From Lytechinus pictus (Eukaryota): 60,000 nucleotides of DNA. The stretch lies in NCBI RefSeq assembly GCF_037042905.1, contig NC_087252.1, forward strand, positions 24,802,001 to 24,862,000, written 5' to 3'. Made by a program: the position numbers and the translations under genes. The notes under the pieces are model-generated. The model saw only the letters and a list, made by a program, of their open reading frames with translations. It did no database searches and was not told the DNA's origin. Positions 45,686 to 60,000 of this stretch are shown one piece after another; the stretch's first letter is position 1, and every line of letters begins with the position of its first letter.

Positions 45686-46593
45686 TAAACATCAATCTGC
45701 ACCCACAACAACACCCCCCCACATTATATAACTTCCTCTCCCACATCCTCCCACCCACTTTCTCTTCCTCATCCTATTGAAACCATGAAATCTTCACACT
45801 CTTTCGAATTATGCTGTAAATTCATTGTCATTCATACTTAACCACTGACGTACACCCACACCACACACACTGCCATACACACACATCTTCACTTTTATTT
45901 TTACGCCCTCTCTCTCTCTCCTCCCCCCCCCCTCTTTCATTCCTGAGCACACAGACAAAATTACACATTAGTATCCATTTCAGACACACATATCGAGGCT
46001 TCCCCCACTTCTCTCTCTATCTCACTCGCTCTCTCTCTCTCTCACATGTATATCTATCTTTTTATCTCCATCTCACTCTTTACATTAAACAGGTAATTGA
46101 ACTTGCAAATCATGTGATCAGGTTGAAATAAATTATTTTATTGCATTTGATACCTGGAAATATTCATATAAATTCTTTTATTCAGCCCTTCTGGATCTTA
46201 TTTAACTTAACCCTTCTCATATTTTTTAAACTTATTTTACCCAAAATACTTTTTTTTCGTTTTTGAGGGGGGGGGGGTAAATTTGGGCTCACATTTAATT
46301 GTTTGTAAAGCGATAGGGAAGGCCTCTGCTTTACTAAATCACTGACATAAAAAATATTGATTTTGATTATTGAGTTTGCAAACAATTCTGTATTAAAGTA
46401 TCTGTAATGTAATTAAATTTCATCATAAACACGAAAATTACCAAGTCGGAGTACTTTTGTTTGTAACGAGGTCTGTAGACAAACATGACCCGCAAATTGG
46501 AGTTGTACTAAATAAAGAAACAGGTTCTAACGATGTTGTGTTAAAAAAAACCAAAATATTAATCAAACTAAGAATAGATGATGAGATCTCTAT

Positions 46594-50408
<3,815 letters not shown>

Positions 50409-50822
50409 GTTTGAAGATTTAGCGTTAAAGGCGACAAAAATGGTAAGAAAATATATTAAACAGATGTATTGCTCTGAGGACGTCTGATGCGTAGCGCTAG
50501 CAATTCCCAAATGTGACGGTTTATCACATCAGCCGTGTATTCATAATTCATGTTTTGTTTACTAATATTCAGCAGTCAGCGAATGATGAATGTGTTACTA
50601 GCTAGCCACAAAGGGTGCATAACATTTCTATGGTAGCTATTATGATCTGCAACAATGGTTGCTTACAGTCACTTACCAACAGAGAGAATCATTTCAGGCA
50701 TCGATGAACCCTCGAGTAAGGGTGGATTCAGGATTTCCCAGAGGGTCACCTCCCCCCCGAAAATGCCTAGGGGTCATGGCCCACTTGACACCCCACCCTT
50801 GATCTGCTTCTGCCGTCATTAA

Positions 50823-51417
50823 AGGTCAAGAACACCTCAGAAAAATGTTGATTTTAATCAATAGAGAAAGATCAGACAAGCAATATGCTGAAAATTTCAT
50901 CAAAATCGGATGTAAAATTGAAAAAGTTATGTCATTTTAAAGGTTCGCTTATTTTTCACAAAATAGTTATATACACAATTTAGTCACATGCAAATGCGAG
51001 AATAGATGATGTCCCTCACTCCCTATTTCTTTTGTTTTTTATTTTTTGAATTATACATTATTTCAATTTTTACAGATTTTACAATAAGGACAATCTTGAC
51101 TGATCCATAAAATGTTAAACAATGGTAATTCCTCATGTTCATGGAGAAATAAAACATTGATTCACATGACAATGGGGAGAAAATTAGAATATTTCATATT
51201 TCCTATAATAAAATACAAAATAAATAGTGAGTGAGTGATGTTATCAGTTCCTTCATTTGCATACCGACTGGGATGTGCATAGAACTGTTTTGCGAAAGTT
51301 AAGAATGTCATAACTTTCTTATTTTACATCCGATTTTGATGAAATTTTCAGCATTATGCTTGTTGGATTTTTCTCTTTTTATTCAAATCAACTTTTTGTT
51401 GGGGGTGGACTTGTCCT
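50823..51417. mobile_element. Kolobok-like MITE, family B, at the site held by family A in the other spacers
   Basis: TTAA|AGGTCAAGAACACCTCAG ... GGGGTGGACTTGTCCT|TTAA; reverse orientation relative to 42415-43015. Confidence 0.88.
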
Positions 51418-53812
51418 TTAATGCAGATAAGGTTTCGGGGGACAAGGCTTTAGAGAAATATATAGTGCTGTGGAATAATGATTATGGTCAGGGGGCACCA
51501 GGGCACTTTGATTAGGGGCAAAGACGGCTTAGTTCTAAACGTCATCTCATTTTTTTCTCAATAGATTATTACTATATAGGTAACGATGCACAAATCTCTC
51601 CTTTTACTCAATTCTTAACCCCCCCCCTCTTTCTCCTCATTTTATCACTACTGGAAAAGACATAGATGAGTCATCACCCCCTGCCCCCTGCGTGGCCCTT
51701 ACCCTCATAATTGTGATGGTAATATCCTAAATCCAGTAATTGCATCATCAACGTGGTCAGTTTTTATTTGAAGGGTATGTATGAGCAACGTACAATTATG
51801 TTAATATACATGTACTTCTTATTTCCCCATCTTCTCCTCTTAGAAGATGCACTCCCAGTTCATGTGGCGACATGGTCGTGATAATTATTATAAAAATTCT
51901 GCTTTTGTCATTTTTATACAGGGATATTGAGGGAGCCATATTTCTAAGCGCCCAACGAATGTTTTATTTCCACGTCTTTATGATTCTGGCATGCCCACAC
52001 ACATTGTAAGCACATTATCCACTCCCTGTGGAGTGTTTCACTTACAGTTTCCAACTCAATGGCTCGGCATAGGAGAGTTTTTCGCATCTTTATCCACTGG
52101 GTAGGTCTTCCCATTTATAAGCTGGGTAGGGAGTGGCAAAGATAGGATTGATGCCTTGACAGGGATGTTCGGCCACGGTGGGATTCGAACATACGACCCT
52201 CTGATTGCAAGGCGAGAGTCGAAGCCGCTGTACCAAGACGATTCTCCCTTTGATTTTTAATTTGCATCTATTTCACAATATGCAATAGTTATGTCCTTAA
52301 CATGAAATCGTAGAATTTTAAGCAGTATTCTACCTAAACAAATTAATTTTCCGCTGTTATTGACGTGACTCTGGATTTTAAACTTTCTTCAATGGTTTAT
52401 TCCTGCTGTGTATGACCTTTCTGAGATAGCTCACTTTTTGGTAAACTTCATTTTGCGTGCTGAAAATAATAATAAAAAAGACATTAAATAGTCATCATCC
52501 CAACCTTCCCTTCTGATACTCAATCATATTAAAGTATGAATCATACAATGCTACCATGGCTGCAGTCACATTGATAAAACGGTACCCAGACCGACAAAAG
52601 CTATAACGGTATTGCCATTGACTTATCATCGGTCGGTCTGTCCGTGTATCAATGGTGTGACTGTAACACATCCCTTGCTTGTTATAAACCAACCCATCAA
52701 TTCTCACGCGTCGTTGATTCCTTTCATGAAGCAAAAAGATTAATATCTATATAGAGAGAAGGTTTATGAATTTCAACTTATTGCCTGGGTCATGCAGTTT
52801 GTATGCAGTTGCATGGTTACTTTTGAAGCTCCTTGGTTACGTGATAGTTGTTTCATTCTCTCACACGAGGTCCAACATGCAGAGGCGTGTTGAGCCAGAA
52901 ATACGGAGGGGACTAGACATGGCATATCTGGCAAAATTTCTTACAAGCTGTGGCGAACGAAGCGCGCGATCATTTTTTACCTTTAATTATAAAGATCTAA
53001 TTTCGTAAAAGATTTTGACATAATATTCAGAAAATTATAAGTTTATTTCTTTTGCTTTCCGATTTCTTTATCTCTCTCTCTTTTTTTCTTAGTCTTGAAA
53101 ATATGTACGCCAGTGCGAGGTCCGGTAACAACGTTTCAGTTTGATCAGTGTTCATTAGTATATGTCTAATACTATAGGATCTCTGGAGGGGTTGGGGGCT
53201 GTCAATACAAGCCAGACCCGAAACAAATAATCATCCTTCGATTCCAGAATACCCCCAAATACTTGTATTTTGCCATGTTCTCTCTTACCTGAGTAATGTC
53301 CAAATATTTGAATTTCATGAGAGGGATGAGAGGTAGGCCCTTCTATCCCGATTTTTTTTCACATTTTGAAACCCTTTTCACTGTACTCGTGGACATCGCC
53401 CGGTCATGAATATTGACAATTAGATATCAAGACTACTGTCAATGTTACATGCTTTTGATCGAGAGGAGTTATTCTAATTTCACAATTTGTTCATGCTTCC
53501 AAAACAGGCTTTCGTTGTTTAAGTTTTAACCCCATAATAGCATGCATGTATATAAGTGTTTCCTTAGTATTTTCTAAGTATTTCCTCTTCTTCGTTGAAA
53601 GGTTAATTGCACCATTTAATTAAATCTACATTTCTAAAATTATACTCCACAACATTGGCCTACAAAAATTATATTGCAAGTATCAAGCGAGCAAAAAGTT
53701 TAACTTTTTTTAATGAAAGTCTAATTTTGTAGCGTATTTTGTCATTTTGTTTCATGTTTACTCTCTTACCTTTTATCCCCCCTTTTTTTTCTCGGTTGTC
53801 GATTTTTTTTTT

Positions 53813-53843
<31 letters not shown>

Positions 53844-54406
53844 GGGGAGGTACACAAGCGCTGCAATCTATGAGCCAGTGTCCTTCATATATCTAGTATC
53901 TCATGATATGTTCTCTTTTTTAAATTCGGTTACTGATCATGAATTGGACAGTGTTGAAAATTATTATTAAGTCACCCCGGCTTTGTCCCATTTTCGTCCG
54001 TTTGAATCAGTCCCTTTGTACGTAACTCAGATCTATTAAATTCATTGTTACATAAATAGTTCACTTTTCCGCCGAAAATTAAATCCCACACACACATGCA
54101 CACACACACAAGCATCATCCAACTGACATATGTGGCAGTCATCAACACACACACCCTACCCACCCACCCCCAGCCACAAAAGCAAACACGCTCTCTCTCT
54201 CTCTTCGCCCTACACACGTCCCACCCTCGCACAAACCTTAACATCAATCTTCACCCACAACAACACACACCCCCACACTATATAACTTTCTCTCCCACAT
54301 CCTCCCACCCACTTTCTCTTCCTCATCCTATCAAAACCATGAAATCTTCACACTCTTCCGAATTATACCTATGGATACCTATGGATGATTCTGAACGCAG
54401 TCTAAT

Positions 54407-57400
54407 GGGGTGTTGCAAGAAAGTTACGTTGCAATTGATTGCAAATCGACTGCAACTTTGCAGCCGATCCCGATCGACTGCAACTAGCAATCAATCGCCA
54501 ATTTGCGTTGCAAGAAAAAGGCTTGCGATTGAACGCAAGTTGCAGCTGATTTGCAGACGATTTGCAGCTGTAAACAGGGTCTGCAGCACAAGACTAGCTG
54601 ATGAAGCAAAATAATCCTTGCAATAATCGTGATTGTGGAAGAGAGTAAGTAGAAAATATTCATTTTTCACTGCTTTCTTTCTCCATTATGTATGTTTTCA
54701 GAGAATTTATATGTTTTAGACCTATGCCAGGGAAAACATTATTTTGTAAAATGTGAAAATGTATCTTTATCGCCAGTCGAAATTTCACCTTCAAATTTTT
54801 TTTACCACACAGTTTAAACCCAGTCCCACACTTGACTTTTTGTGTCGGTAATGCACTGTTGTACCAACAACACGGCAGGACATTCCCGGTGCAGTGCTGT
54901 TAAAAATCACCCTGAAGCAAGTAAATTTGTAGGCTCTAATTATGTATGAAACATCGAAAATGACCTTAAAAGATTATTATTGTTCATATTTGAAATGATT
55001 TTTAAGTTATATAAGTTTCAACGGCTAATAACCATCCAGTAAATGGATTCAATGCAGTCGAATGGCCACAACTTTTGAGAAACACTCGACAGAAAGCAAT
55101 TTTTTGTTTTTAACTTAAAGGATTTTTAATCTAACGTTAGGCTTTAAATCAAAGACTTCCATTATTAGATCCTCTCCATTAGTCTCTCTTTTTTAAGAGT
55201 CTGTCTAACCTCCCTTTTTATGACTTTCCTTTGCCTGGCCTGGGATAGAATGAAAATTTTGCTCTTGACTTTGGAGGAATTGTTTAGATTTATTTAATAT
55301 TATTTTATTTATTTATTCCTTTATTTTTAATTTTTTGGAGGGGGGGGGGGTTCTCCACATTTTTCGCCAGGCCAAAAAAAAACAACAAAGGTATAGGGGG
55401 TCTACATGTAGGCCTATATTATTAATTATTTTTAAAGATGTTATTGGGCTATTAAACCTATTGGCCACATCTGCCACATTCTTTGGGAAGTTTTAACATT
55501 GAACAGGGAGTTGCCCGCCCGGGGCTCTTTTTAAAATTTCTTACGGGCAGATTGCACAAGAGGTTCTTTGCAAGGACAGTCTATTTGTGTCGTTGATTTG
55601 TAATGATGTGCCGTATGAGTCACATTTTTAATATCCATCACATATGTATACATATATGTATACATCATATATGTAGGTCTACTATGCCGGGGGGAAGGTA
55701 CTTAGATTTGGTTTGGACAAAGGTGTGCGGCTGAAGGTTTGAAACCCGTACCCATATTTACAGGTCATTTCGGCTAAAAAGGTACCCATTATTAGGGATT
55801 CATTACAGGGGCGGATCCAGGATTTCCACAAGGGGGGGGGGGGCACATTTTCGCCTGGAAAACTTGACAAGCAAAAAAAGAAAAAAGTTATCGCCCAAAA
55901 TGTAAGGTAATTTTGTATTTGCACCAAAGACAAGAGTAGAATATGGACCCATGTTTAAGGCCAGTATCTAAAAATTGGGCCATGTTTAGGGATTTTCCAG
56001 CATAAAATCATACCCCATGTTTAGGGATTTCTTCCAAAAAGGCGACCCATTCCAGCGGCACATCCCCATATGCATTATTTTGTGAGTCCCCCCCCCCCCC
56101 GGGCTACTATTTAACTGACTCTAGTCTTAACTTGATTTTTATGCAAGCACATGAGGTGCTATATAGATGACAGATTTTTTTTCACTTTAAATTGTTTAAT
56201 GGATGATTACAATGCTTTTCCAGGTGCTTACAGTAAAAGGGTGTCTCATATGGTGCATCATTATCATTTTATTAATATTGAATGCATAATCATGATTTTT
56301 TTTTTACATCCTTTTACATCAAGCACAATACTCGGGGGGGGGGGGGGGCATATGGTCCCCCTTCACATTTTTCAGAATAAATCTGCCACTCAAAATTTTA
56401 TTACCGCACCACTGACTGGCGTTTTACTTTCAAGTCTTGCGCAACTTTTGAGACCAAATTTGCAATTCCCAGGTACAGGGTCAGGAAATTTTGCAACATT
56501 GTGTTTGTTTAAGTACATGTCAGACAAAAACATGATTACATGTAAAAAGTTAATTGGGTAATTTTTTTTTATTGACAATAGTAATTTAATGTCACTGATG
56601 AACTTTGTCTTGAAAATAACAAAAAAAAAATACATTTAAGAAGTTAAGAAAAAATATTTAAAAAAAAACATGAAAGGATTTTTTTTTTATACCAGATTTT
56701 TTAAAGTAAAGTTGTTAGGAACGCTCTAGAAAGGAATATGTACACCAAAGTTTAGCATTCTATTACAAGCTTTTTTTAGTAAATTAAAGCAAAAGGTATG
56801 ATTCATAAATTTTTTATTGCGCCGCCCATAGCTGAGGAACCATAGTACCCCTCCCCAGGACAGAAGTGACTTTAATCAAAACACCCTGGGACTACTATAA
56901 TGATTAACACACTGGCAACTGAGCTTAACTTGTATATTAATTTCATGAACATGTTTTATCTCTTTGCTTTTTGCTTTTAATTGCTTACTACAGTTATGAC
57001 AAGGAAGTCTGGAATAAACCGAACCACCATAACTGTGTCTGCTACCATGTGTGTTCTTGCAACCAGCTGATTGATTCATTTTATCAACTCTTGAATGGTA
57101 GGTTACATGTAAACTGTATTATTATTAATAATTCACCATGATTGTAATGCGGATGGGGGTGAAATCTGTACACATTGACCAAAGGATAATGCAAAATGAA
57201 AAAAAGGCAAACACAAATCTCTATCTTGACTGGACTTCTCAGCAATGAAGACATCCCATTGATGGGGGGGGGGGGAGGGGAGGGGCGGTTGTTGTGCTCA
57301 TCCAAGGTGTACTGTATGAAAGTGTGTATTTTGCTTTCATTGATTTAATTTATTGCATATTTTAATTTCCATGATTCATTTATTTGGGGAAAAACAATCA

Positions 57401-59093
57401 GTTCACACTTTTTTAGATTACATCATGGCAAATTGCCAATTACTATGGTCTCAGGAGTAAGCCACTTTCCCTCTATCTTATCATCATGTCAGTGCAAACA
57501 ACGCCCTTACCAGCAGGCATAGGGGCATTTCTGCACCAATGGGGTGCACAAAAATGTTTTGCTAAGGGCGTTTTTGCACTGAAAGGACAAAATTTGAACT
57601 AACCCAAGCTACATGTATGTATAGTTATGGGCTTGCATTATTTCCTATATTATTATTTTTTATGGACAGGTTGATTATCAGAACTGAATTCAGAGCTGCT
57701 CCTGTCTGTAGTAAGATCATTTAGAGTGGACTTCAGAATGAGGGCGTTGCTTGTTTAAAATCTTCACTCCATGAAGCTCTCCAAATTCATCTCAAATTAG
57801 ACTGCTTCTGGAAACCAGATTTGTTCCTTCAAGCAGAGACGCTTGTGGCTTTCCTGACTGGACTTCTATGGATTCTTCATGCCAACCTTAAGGACTGTGG
57901 TCTTCTGCATGATACATCAATTTCAAACAAGACATTCTGTGGTGAAACACTTGATGTAGATGATATGAAATTTTATTTCATATAACTGAATCTCAGAAGT
58001 AATTCCTCGGGAGCAAGAAACATTGAAAAATAAAAATAAAAGGTCCATCAATAATGAATGTCTTGAGCAGTGTTCTTTTTTTGTGCACAGATCAATGGAT
58101 CTTTTCAAGTCCAAGCAGGGATGTAGTCAATGCTGACCTCGAGGCAACATTTTGCTGGCCTTGGTCCGAGTCACTGTACAGAATCTATGGGAAGTTCTCT
58201 CAAGCTGCCTCATGACTCGGAAGAATCAGCCTCGACCTCATCCCTGTATGCAAGTGTGATATATATCTACGATGCAATCTTATGATTAAAGAGAGCTTCA
58301 GATTTTGAAGTGTAGCAATCTCCTGAAATGTATGTTTTATTTGAAAATCAAACTAAAATATCTTAATTGGGCATGTTATTCATTATGATATGTATGAATG
58401 AAAGCATTTAAGCAATTTAGTGCTCTTGCAAAATAAATTCTGAGTTGTATTTACTGCAAACCCTCAGATATATTTATAAGCATTTGCCAGTGCATGAAGT
58501 GTTTTAATAAAGAGTGGCTTTTGTGCCTATGGAGAGTTATTATTTCTTCAACATTTCTTCATACAAATTATTTCAGAAATCACAATTTGAATATTCCATG
58601 ACCTCTGATAACAAGAGCAGAATATTTTTGGTGATTGACACACTTTAAAATGATATTAGGAGAGAATGTACTAAAATTGTGTGAAAATAATGGCATAATT
58701 GCTGAAGAGGCCTATAAAGATTGAAAATAACATTTCAAGTTTTTCTTGAAAAAAACCCATGGAAAATGGCATAATTTACACAAGTTTTCAAAAAAAAAAA
58801 AAAAATTTTTTGCAGAATTTTTAGTACACAAGCCTATGGACAATCAATTGAACGTAAATCGAACGCAAATTTTGCGCGTCCTCCAAAATCTCACATAAGT
58901 TACGTTCGATTTGCAATCAATCGCAAAGCTTGCGCTTGATCTACGTTCAATTGATCAAACGCAACTTCTTCTTGCAACAGGATTGAACGTAACTTGCGTT
59001 CAATTGCAGATTTGCGTTTAATCGGAGGACTTACGCTCAATTTTGGGAGTTGCGTTCGATTTGTGTTCAATCGCAAGTTTCTTGCAACACCCC
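54407..59093. mobile_element. 4.7-kb non-autonomous TIR element (Harbinger-like) with nested repeats
   Basis: TIR GGGGTGTTGCAAGAAA / TTTCTTGCAACACCCC; subterminal GATTGAACGCAA-type repeats at both ends; absent from the other spacers. No transposase ORF is recognisable and the TSD is ambiguous (TAA/TAG or AT). Confidence 0.8.
55687..56103. mobile_element. CCGGGGG...CCCCCGGG-terminated MITE nested in the 4.7-kb element
   Basis: G-run/C-run termini, repeated ACCCATGTTTAGGGATTT motifs, and a CAGGGGCGGATCCAGG hAT-like fragment inside. Confidence 0.55.
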
Positions 59094-59345
59094 ATAGGAC
59101 TCTATATTCAGCTCCAAATTCTGTCTCCTCTTTAGGTTGGCCGGATCATGTCCTGGTGGGTCAGCATTAAACTTGTGCTTCACAGGTTCACATCTCCAAT
59201 ACTTATCCAGTCCATTCTCGAAGCTGCGGTCACTGGGTGCATTTACTAATTCATTACTTAGGCTATTCCAAGATTTCCTCATTCTTATGTAATTCTTACG
59301 TTTCTCAGTTACTGTAAGTTTATTTTTTAACTTGAAGTGAGAATC
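59094..59345 (-). mobile_element. 5'-truncated CR1-like LINE fragment (ORF2 C-terminus and 3' UTR; the tail continues at 54365-54406)
   Basis: The translation SHFKLK...RKNY.RMRKSWNSLSNELVNAPSDRSFENGLDKYW resembles the CR1/L2 ORF2 C-terminal W-N-S-L-P...F-K-..L-D motif. The tail has an ATCCATAGGT tandem repeat. Confidence 0.72.
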
Positions 59346-60000
59346 AGTCATCTCCCCCGTCTCTTTCTCCTATACTTAACCACTGACCTACACCACACAC
59401 TGCCACACACCCTCATCTTCACTTCTATTTTCACGCTCTCTCTGTCCTCTTTCATTCCCGAGCACACAGACAAAATTACACATTAGTATCCATTTCAGAC
59501 ACACATATCAAGGCTTCCCCCACCTCTGTCTCTATCTCACTCGCTCTCTCTCTCTCTCTACACATGTATATCTATCGTTTTATCTCCATCCCACTCTTTA
59601 CATTAAAAAGGTAATTGAACTTGCAAATCATGTGATCGGGTTGAAATAAAATTATTTTATTGCATTTGATACCTGGAAATATTCATATAAATTCTTTTAT
59701 TCAGCCCTTCTGCATCTTATTTAACTTAACCCTTCTCATATTTTTAAAACTTTATTACGCAAAATACTTTCCTGATTTTCTTTTTTTTGAGGGGGGGATA
59801 AATTTGGGCTCACATTTAATTGTTTGTAAAGCGATAGGGAAGGCCACTGCTTTACTGAATCACTGACATAAGAAATATTGATTTTGATTATTGAGTTTGC
59901 AAACAATTCTGTATTAAAGTATCTGTAATGTAATTAAATTTCATCATAAATACGAAAAATTACCAAGTCGGAGTACTTTTGTTTGTAACGAGGTCTGTAA
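59346..60000 (-). other. 3' UTR / downstream flank of a fourth alpha-tubulin copy (CDS expected just beyond the window)
   Basis: Colinear and near-identical to 36290-36958 and 45836-46477, including the minus-strand AATAAA (~59656). In those units the stop codon follows about 120 bp later. Confidence 0.85.

Noticed and set aside
54096..54614. 172-aa ORF
   Set aside because: It runs across spacer low-complexity DNA, the LINE tail and a transposon TIR; a chance fusion with no recognisable domain.

Overview
AT-rich, repeat-dense animal genomic DNA. It is not prokaryotic; the SINE/MITE repertoire and tubulin sequences suggest a sea urchin, which is an inference. Three gene loci were reconstructed by hand from GT-AG splice sites. 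(1) The last five coding exons of an ABC-2-type transporter on the + strand (635-4914), most like ABCH / 'ABCG20/23-like'. (2) A complete 5-exon NAA50 N-terminal acetyltransferase on the - strand (19225-11660, 164 aa). (3) A head-to-tail array of alpha-tubulin genes on the - strand with a unit of about 9 kb: three complete 452-aa copies, plus the 3' flank of a fourth at the window end. The rest is non-autonomous DNA transposons (Kolobok-, Harbinger-, hAT-, Mutator- and CACTA-like), tRNA-derived SINEs, a CR1-like LINE tail and minisatellites. The most notable signal is in the tubulin array. The copies share a spacer-less 56-bp palindrome in intron 1 and RFX X-box/forkhead motifs typical of ciliary genes. 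Copy 3 has lost or damaged both X-boxes, copy 1 ends in Phe instead of Tyr and has its own 3' UTR, and the copies are a gene-conversion patchwork. Also notable are one orthologous TTAA site occupied by different MITE families in different units, and a 4.7-kb nested foldback element next to the NAA50 promoter. No clearly new protein-coding system was found.
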